Below are positions 58,805 to 64,000 of a stretch of 64,000 nucleotides of DNA, piece after piece. A program made the position numbers and the translations under genes. Within the stretch, counting starts at the first letter, position 1. Every line of letters starts with the position of its first letter. Below the pieces are notes generated by a model, which saw nothing but the letters and a program-made list of their open reading frames with translations, did not search any database and was not told the origin of the DNA. The stretch lies in IMG/VR virus record IMGVR_UViG_3300011906_000002, positions 62,001 through 126,000 of that record; one strand, written 5' to 3'. This stretch comes from an uncultured virus (IMG/VR IMGVR_UViG_3300011906_000002) (Duplodnaviria > Heunggongvirae > Uroviricota > Caudoviricetes).

Positions 58805-59013
58805 ACGACTATCAGTTTCTCGTGTTGTTGGGGTTCGGGTTAGCGTTGGTGTGTCGGAGCTTGTGGGGTGCGGTAGAACGTTTGGTAATACCACCGCGTG
58901 GCTATCGCGGTTCTCTTATGATGAGATTGCATGAGGGGGCTTGGGAAGTGCTAATAGGCGGATTGATCATCACAGCCTTCCTGTGGGTGGGTTACCTCGT
59001 ACAGCATCGATGA
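58801..59013 (+). CDS. Small two-TM membrane protein
   Basis: ~70 aa, GTGA overlap, GGAGG SD, two hydrophobic segments. Confidence 0.55.
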   Translation: MNDYQFLVLLGFGLALVCRSLWGAVERLVIPPRGYRGSLMMRLHEGAWEVLIGGLIITAFLWVGYLVQHR

Positions 59014-59053
59014 GGGATATCAGGTAAGTCAAACCAAAAGTTAGTGTTAGTGA

Positions 59054-59087
59054 GCAATCAGGGCGCAAGTCCTGATTGTTTATGACC
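59054..59087 (+). terminator. Hairpin + TTTATGACC variant element
   Basis: GCAATCAGGGC-GCAA-GTCCTGATTGT-TTATGACC. Confidence 0.6.
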
Positions 59088-59112
59088 CCTCTAAACTAGG
59101 AGCGTATAAAAC

Positions 59113-59424
59113 ATGCGTATTCGAAAAGCACCAATATTGGTAATGGGTTTTGTGATTGTGTTCTCCGGCGCTGTAGGGGTCGCTATTCCCTTCATCGGCA
59201 AAGCAGTAAACAATGAAGAACCTCTGAACAAAGCCTTTCGCCTGTACGGGGGTTGTGTACATGAGAAGCTGGAGTTTTTAAATAAGGAGGGCTTGTTGGA
59301 GGAAACTCACCAAGAAATCTCTGAGCGGTGTCGGACGTATGCAGGTCTGGGGTGGGAAGTAAGGGAAGTGCGTAACGAAGCAGGCAGGATAGTGTTTCGT
59401 GAGAAAGACGCATATACCTACTGA
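59113..59424 (+). CDS. Membrane-anchored hypothetical protein
   Basis: 103 aa, N-terminal TM, AGGAG SD. Confidence 0.6.
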   Translation: MRIRKAPILVMGFVIVFSGAVGVAIPFIGKAVNNEEPLNKAFRLYGGCVHEKLEFLNKEGLLEETHQEISERCRTYAGLGWEVREVRNEAGRIVFREKDAYTY

Positions 59425-59441
59425 ACTTGGGAGTATGAGTC

Positions 59442-59690
59442 ATGCGCACTCAACTAATGTTTGGTGTATACGTTGTCTTGTTAGGATGCACCACGCCTCA
59501 AGAAGAGACTGTTACGGTCTACCAAGCACTTTCCTTAGGTGGGTGTGAAGACGAACAGTCGCAGGTGTTAACCAAGCAAGTGCCGGTCACCTACACCGAA
59601 CAAGAACGTACTACCGAATGCAGCGTCTTCGTTGACTTGCGCTATATAAACAAAGAGGAGCCTGTGGCTTCTGAACCTACCAAGGAGTGA
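59442..59690 (+). CDS. Putative lipoprotein
   Basis: Signal peptide with lipobox LLGC at Cys16; GGAG SD. Confidence 0.55.
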   Translation: MRTQLMFGVYVVLLGCTTPQEETVTVYQALSLGGCEDEQSQVLTKQVPVTYTEQERTTECSVFVDLRYINKEEPVASEPTKE

Positions 59691-59694
59691 AACG

Positions 59695-60150
59695 ATGTCA
59701 GTGGTCTTTATAGTGTTTGCTCGTGAAGAAGCTTTGTCGAACGATAAGTCTCTTGACTATGTCGGTTGCATCGAAAAATTCAGTGGGAAACAATTTGACA
59801 CCAATGTTCGTTTCCGTGAAATCGAACTTGAAGAAGGGTCGGGTTATCTTTTCGTGTTGTACGACGCAACGCACGATTCTGATCGGCTACACACGATCTT
59901 CTACGACGCACCTAAAGACTTCGATACCCCAGAAGCCACCGAATACGCCCAGTGGCTTCAGAGTTGTCTAACGGAAGTCTTTAGTCAATTCCAGATCTAT
60001 GACGCCAAAGACATCAAGTCCTATGGCGTGTCTCGCACCAACACCAGCGATAAGACGGCCATTGTTTACGACACCCCTTTCGACAAAACCGGGTTCATGG
60101 ACGGGGTGGCAAAAGACCTGCGTAAGCGAATCGGCCTTGTGAAGGAGTAG
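59695..60150 (+). CDS. Hypothetical protein
   Basis: 151 aa, AAGGAG SD. Confidence 0.65.
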   Translation: MSVVFIVFAREEALSNDKSLDYVGCIEKFSGKQFDTNVRFREIELEEGSGYLFVLYDATHDSDRLHTIFYDAPKDFDTPEATEYAQWLQSCLTEVFSQFQIYDAKDIKSYGVSRTNTSDKTAIVYDTPFDKTGFMDGVAKDLRKRIGLVKE

Positions 60151-60154
60151 TTAG

Positions 60155-60770
60155 GTGCAGACACCCGAATTCAAAGGATGGTTTGCAGGTGTGGGGAGTA
60201 GAGAAACCCCAGAAGACGTCTGTAAGCTCATGCAGAAGCTTGCTGTGGTCTTTTATGCCCTAGGGTACGGATTATCTTCAGGGGATGCCAGAGGGGCTGA
60301 TAGAGCCTTTTGGGAGGGTGCTCTGCTGAGTCCCTTTTTACCGCAAGATAGGTGCACGCATCTACCTCTGTGATGAATGGGTGCGGGGTCGTAGTGCTGA
60401 CCCTAAGAACTTCTTCTTCAATGCCCAACGGTTTCCAACCTTTGAACGTGCTAAGAACATGGCGCTGGAAGCACGCGGTAGTTTTCATGGCTTAGACGAC
60501 TGGGGGATTAATCTCCATAGTCGTAACGTCATGCAGATCCACGGGGCTAACTTACAGGATAAAGTTGAGTACCTGATCTACTGGGCGATTCCTGTGGGTA
60601 AAGCCGAACGCTGTAAAGGTGGTACGAATACGGCTTTGCAGATCGCTAAGAAAGCTGAAGTCAAACACCGCATCAACCTATACACCACTGAAGGTCAGAT
60701 CTGGGCCAGTCAGTTCTTGAACACCCCGATCGCACAAGAAGCCTTGCGTGAAGCAGACCTTGTAGCATAA
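60155..60770 (+). pseudogene. DprA/Smf-like (SLOG) nucleotide-binding protein split by a +1 frameshift
   Basis: AGVGSRETP and SGDARGAD lie in the first ORF; RN..Q..G and GGTNTA lie in the second. Deleting one T from CCCTTTTTA (60332-60340) gives a continuous ~204-aa protein (SPFYRKIGARIYLCDEWVRG). Confidence 0.75.
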
Positions 60771-60784
60771 CCTTAAACGCATCA

Positions 60785-61822
60785 ATGGGCAAGACTATGG
60801 AAAACGATTACACTCGCGTGTGCGCTGACATCGCAGCAACCATGAACCAAGCTTCGGGAATGGCAGCGGCGGTTCCTGGGGTACAGCACGCCTTCATGAT
60901 GATGGCTTGTAATGTTGGTGTGTTGGCTCAGGAAGAACGCAAGCGTCTGTTCTGGGAAATGGTGGAGGGCAAAGGACCTAAGAGCCAGACCCACCGCATG
61001 ATCTACAAAAACCCTGAAGAAAGTTATGGAACGCCCTTATTCAAAAAGAATGATCGTCCTGACACGGCAATGCCTGAGGTTGTTCAGTTGGTGGGGTGGT
61101 ATATCTACTTGTTGATTAACAAACTGTACATTGCAGGAGAGTTACCGGACCATGTCCGTGCGTATCAGTTGTACTCGTACGGGGCGGGGAGCACACGGTT
61201 TTACAGTTTGGTTAAAGTTTCCAATGGTAGTGGTCACGCACTTACTGAGTTTGAAGTCCTCTGTCCTGACGTAAAAATCGAACGAGTCTATTACACCAAT
61301 GAACTGGAACAGGTCGAGCGTACCGATCTGAACGTGTTATTGAACGTTAACCCAGTGGCGTTCGTTGATTACGAAAGGTTTCGCCAAGAGTATCTGTCTT
61401 TTGTTAAAGGAATGAAAGGCGGTGCTTTCGAAGCCTTTAAGGACGACCTGCCTTCGACTCCAGACTGGGCGAAGTTGACTCTGGTGGGTCAGTATTTGGC
61501 AAGTGATGAACTGGTGGTGAGTATTGAAAACTTCACCGTACATCCTTCTAGCAAAGAACCTCTGGCGTTCACGCTGGCGTTCTACCGTGACGATGAAGAT
61601 CGCTTGTGCTACACCACCAACGACGTTGCCTATGCTTTCCTAACGGTAAAGCAAGGCTATTGGCAAAACCTCCCTTTCTTGATCCGTCGTCTGATTGGTA
61701 AACTGGACATCAAACACACCGGCACCTGGAGCACCGATTACGAGATTCGTGATAACGATATCTTTCCTGTGAGCGGTAATGTAACCCTCCACCACAACCC
61801 GCTATACCTTAGCGACCTTTAA
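60785..61822 (+). CDS. Hypothetical protein
   Basis: 345-aa ORF. Confidence 0.65.
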   Translation: MGKTMENDYTRVCADIAATMNQASGMAAAVPGVQHAFMMMACNVGVLAQEERKRLFWEMVEGKGPKSQTHRMIYKNPEESYGTPLFKKNDRPDTAMPEVVQLVGWYIYLLINKLYIAGELPDHVRAYQLYSYGAGSTRFYSLVKVSNGSGHALTEFEVLCPDVKIERVYYTNELEQVERTDLNVLLNVNPVAFVDYERFRQEYLSFVKGMKGGAFEAFKDDLPSTPDWAKLTLVGQYLASDELVVSIENFTVHPSSKEPLAFTLAFYRDDEDRLCYTTNDVAYAFLTVKQGYWQNLPFLIRRLIGKLDIKHTGTWSTDYEIRDNDIFPVSGNVTLHHNPLYLSDL

Positions 61823-61869
61823 CCTTAAGGAGCCTTAAAATGGCCGACGAGACTGTTAGGAGGTGAGAG

Positions 61870-62118
61870 ATGCACACGCGCTTTAAACCCGGTCACAAGA
61901 CTTGGAATAAAGGTGGTAAGTTGTCCAAAGAACACCGCGAGAAGGTTCGTAAGGCTGCGCTGGTGCGCGAAGCATCGATCCGTCAACCGGTGGTAGTCAA
62001 TGGGGTGAAGTATCCCAACTACAGTCGCGCTGCTAAAGCTACAGGTTTGAGCCCACGTTCAATCAAACGCTACGTGTTGTCGGATAAACCTGAGCACGAA
62101 ACGTACCGTCTGGGGTAA
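61870..62118 (+). CDS. NUMOD3/NUMOD1-type DNA-binding protein (homing-endonuclease-derived, no nuclease domain)
   Basis: FKPGHKTWNKG.KLSKEHREKVR (NUMOD3-like) plus VNGVKYPNYSRAAKATGLS (HTH). Strong AGGAGG SD. Confidence 0.65.
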   Translation: MHTRFKPGHKTWNKGGKLSKEHREKVRKAALVREASIRQPVVVNGVKYPNYSRAAKATGLSPRSIKRYVLSDKPEHETYRLG

Positions 62119-62121
62119 CAA

Positions 62122-62161
62122 GAAAGAAAGGGGGCTTCGGCTCCCTTTCTTTTTTTTTGCC
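62122..62161 (+). terminator. Canonical intrinsic terminator
   Basis: AGAAAGGGGGC-TTCG-GCTCCCTTTCT followed by a T-tract and GCC. Confidence 0.8.
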
Positions 62162-62221
62162 GTCTAGGGCTGGAAATCCTATGAAAGCTAAGCTTTAAAC
62201 CTAACGTACGGTGGATTGGAT

Positions 62222-62932
62222 ATGAAAGTTAAAGCAGGGGGGGCTTGGCGGTGGTCACACCTTCGAGTGAAATGGGGTGGGTTGTGGAAAACACCTCAGC
62301 GGATACTGACGAAGGTCAACGGGGTCTGGCAAGGCATCCAACACCTCCTCTCGGTAATGAATGGACTTACCCGTTGGTGGTTGTCGGAAAGCAAAACCGT
62401 TGATCCGATCACCGGAACTTCACTGACCGTTTCATCGGGGGCGAGCTTTGCGGCTGTGTTGGGTCGGATGTCTCTGCGCGTTTATGGGGGTCGGTATGCA
62501 TTGGTTCCTAGCGTAAGCCTAAGTGGGAACTGGACCATTAACCTGTGGTATTACCCATTGGGGTATGCGACCTATAGTCATTTGCTAACACATCTAAGTG
62601 GTCAGGTCAACTTCGCACTCAAGTTGACCGTTACGGATGGTCGACCTTATCTCCATTACAAAGGTGTTAGTTACGGACTGTCAAGTGCTGGACTGTCTCT
62701 GAACCAATGGTCAATGGTTACGGTTACTCATGAAGCAGGGGTCTTGAAGATCTATTTGAATAAGGTTTTGCAAACCACCGCTAATGTCACTGTGTCTCAA
62801 GCGGCTGTGAACATGTACGTGGGGCGTGGTCATGAGGAGGAATATTCCAACGGTTATCAACGTGATCTGTTGTTTTATAATCGAGCGTTAAGTCAAGCTG
62901 AGATCAACACCGTTTATCAAGAACAGGCGTAA
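62222..62932 (+). CDS. Putative adhesin: KxxGxW-repeat N-terminus + LamG/ConA-like domain
   Basis: MKVKAGGAWR...VKWGGLWK...TKVNGVWQ. LamG pattern WTINLW...NQWSMVTVT...KIYLN...YNRALSQAEI. Confidence 0.7.
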   Translation: MKVKAGGAWRWSHLRVKWGGLWKTPQRILTKVNGVWQGIQHLLSVMNGLTRWWLSESKTVDPITGTSLTVSSGASFAAVLGRMSLRVYGGRYALVPSVSLSGNWTINLWYYPLGYATYSHLLTHLSGQVNFALKLTVTDGRPYLHYKGVSYGLSSAGLSLNQWSMVTVTHEAGVLKIYLNKVLQTTANVTVSQAAVNMYVGRGHEEEYSNGYQRDLLFYNRALSQAEINTVYQEQA

Positions 62933-62935
62933 AGG

Positions 62936-62979
62936 CGGCATACAGGGAGGCTCATGCCTCCCTGTAGGCTTTTATGCCA
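62936..62979. terminator. Bidirectional hairpin/TATGCC element
   Basis: CGGCA-TACAGGGAGGC-TCAT-GCCTCCCTGTA-GGCTTTTATGCCA between convergent genes. Confidence 0.75.
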
Positions 62980-63301
62980 GCAGTGTCCAACCATGTGTAG
63001 GGCGGCGAGCATAGCACTTTTCGACCATTGCATCTAACCGAGCGTGGGGGATGTTGTGGGCGGTTACACCACCGACGCTACCGTCCGTGAATTCATGAAA
63101 CAGGAAGATAGAGAAACTCTCCCCTTCACGACGCACCTTCCACGAGAACCACCCAAGGTGAGCATAGATCTGCGTGTACTGTTTCTTGATCAAGAACCGG
63201 CTGCGCTTAACTCCACGAAACTCCTCCTCTCGACCAAAAGGTAGGCGCACATACTCTTGGTAGTGTTCCCAACGATCCGCCCGACTGAAGAGTTTCTTCA
63301 T
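62972..63301 (-). CDS. Hypothetical protein
   Basis: 109 aa; ATGA overlap with the upstream gene. Confidence 0.55.
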   Translation of the reverse strand: MKKLFSRADRWEHYQEYVRLPFGREEEFRGVKRSRFLIKKQYTQIYAHLGWFSWKVRREGESFSIFLFHEFTDGSVGGVTAHNIPHARLDAMVEKCYARRPTHGWTLLA

Positions 63302-64000
63302 GAGTAGTACTCCATCGTGAACGTACGCAGTACGATGTACAGTTGCAAACCTGTACGCAGACTCGCTTGAACCGAACTGGACTTGGTGGTAGCCGACTTA
63401 GAGACGATCTCTTCAGCCAAGCCTTTCATCTTGAGCAGGACCGGGTCATTCATCTTCGAGGCCATGTACAGGTTACGCAGACGGCTGACCAGGGAGGACA
63501 GGTTCGACTGGTTCCGGATCAAGGCGCGGTTCTGCGACAGGTACTCAAACGCATGCAACAAAGTCTCATCACACAGCTCACCAATGCCTTCATGGCGTGC
63601 TTTGCCGTAGTTCGCTGAACAATGCTCCAAGACCTCGACCAAAAGCTTCGGAGGCATGGTGTGCATGGCATCGTTGATCACCGAGAGCACTTCACTGCGG
63701 ATGAAGGTGTCGCGGTCAGTGATGATCGTGTGGATGTACCGCTTGTAGTTACTGATGCTGCGTTGGCGATCTTTGAGGATACTCTCCCCGTCGATGGCTA
63801 CGGTACTGGAGGTGGAGGAGATGCGTTGCTTGTCATCCTTCAACTCAATCATCACCGCATACATCTTTTTGACCACTTCACGGATGCGCCCTTGCACGTC
63901 TGTAATTAGGTACAAAATAGCGTCATCGTCTGTGAAGTCTTTGATCGTCTTGTGGTGAATCCCGGTGCGCGAGACAATGTCTTGCGACCGTGCCGTGAAC
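63298..64000 (-). CDS. Conserved phiKZ-like virion structural protein (probably gp164-like), 5' partial
   Basis: The frame is open to the window end (FTARSQDIV...). ITDVQGRIREVVKK and RTGLQLYIVLR resemble a conserved phiKZ-family structural protein as recalled. Confidence 0.55.
   Translation of the reverse strand, partial: FTARSQDIVSRTGIHHKTIKDFTDDDAILYLITDVQGRIREVVKKMYAVMIELKDDKQRISSTSSTVAIDGESILKDRQRSISNYKRYIHTIITDRDTFIRSEVLSVINDAMHTMPPKLLVEVLEHCSANYGKARHEGIGELCDETLLHAFEYLSQNRALIRNQSNLSSLVSRLRNLYMASKMNDPVLLKMKGLAEEIVSKSATTKSSSVQASLRTGLQLYIVLRTFTMEYYS

Noticed and set aside
2630..62190. Individual TATG late-promoter calls upstream of structural genes (e.g. near 4707, 14218, 33862, 52867, 55178, 62180)
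   Set aside because: They are consistent with the phiKZ late consensus, but a 4-bp motif carries too little information to annotate without TSS data.
1..64000. tRNA/rRNA genes, introns, inteins, stop-codon reassignment
   Set aside because: No cloverleaf or rRNA-like tract was seen in the short intergenic spaces. Core genes (RNAP, terL) have expected sizes with no intein-like inserts. All three stop codons terminate genes normally.

Overview
This window is a 64-kb segment of a phiKZ-like jumbo myophage genome (nucleus-forming Chimalliviridae type), inferred from motifs and gene order without database searches. The dCTP deaminase suggests a Pseudomonas-like gammaproteobacterial host. Core genes include two tail-fibre-like paralogues, RNase H, UvsX/RecA, four split virion RNA polymerase subunits, a ~2,400-aa tape-measure/lysin, the prohead protease, internal head proteins, tail tube and sheath, three structural/baseplate genes, the large terminase and dCTP deaminase. 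Accessory islands driven by phiKZ-type early promoters (CTATATTAC) lie between the core blocks. Four signals stand out. (1) About 18 intergenic hairpins are followed by TATGCC(G), often with little or no U-tract. (2) Six early-gene Shine-Dalgarno sequences sit in small hairpins with compensatory base changes. (3) Five genes share a triple K-x-x-G-x-W N-terminal module fused to variable C-terminal domains (two look lectin-like); four of them form a cassette flanked by near-identical direct repeats. (4) The tape-measure protein carries a second, L,D-peptidase-like (DUF5675-type) domain. No tRNA, rRNA or CRISPR array was seen. phiKZ/SPN3US gene-number equivalences come from recalled synteny and need HMM confirmation.
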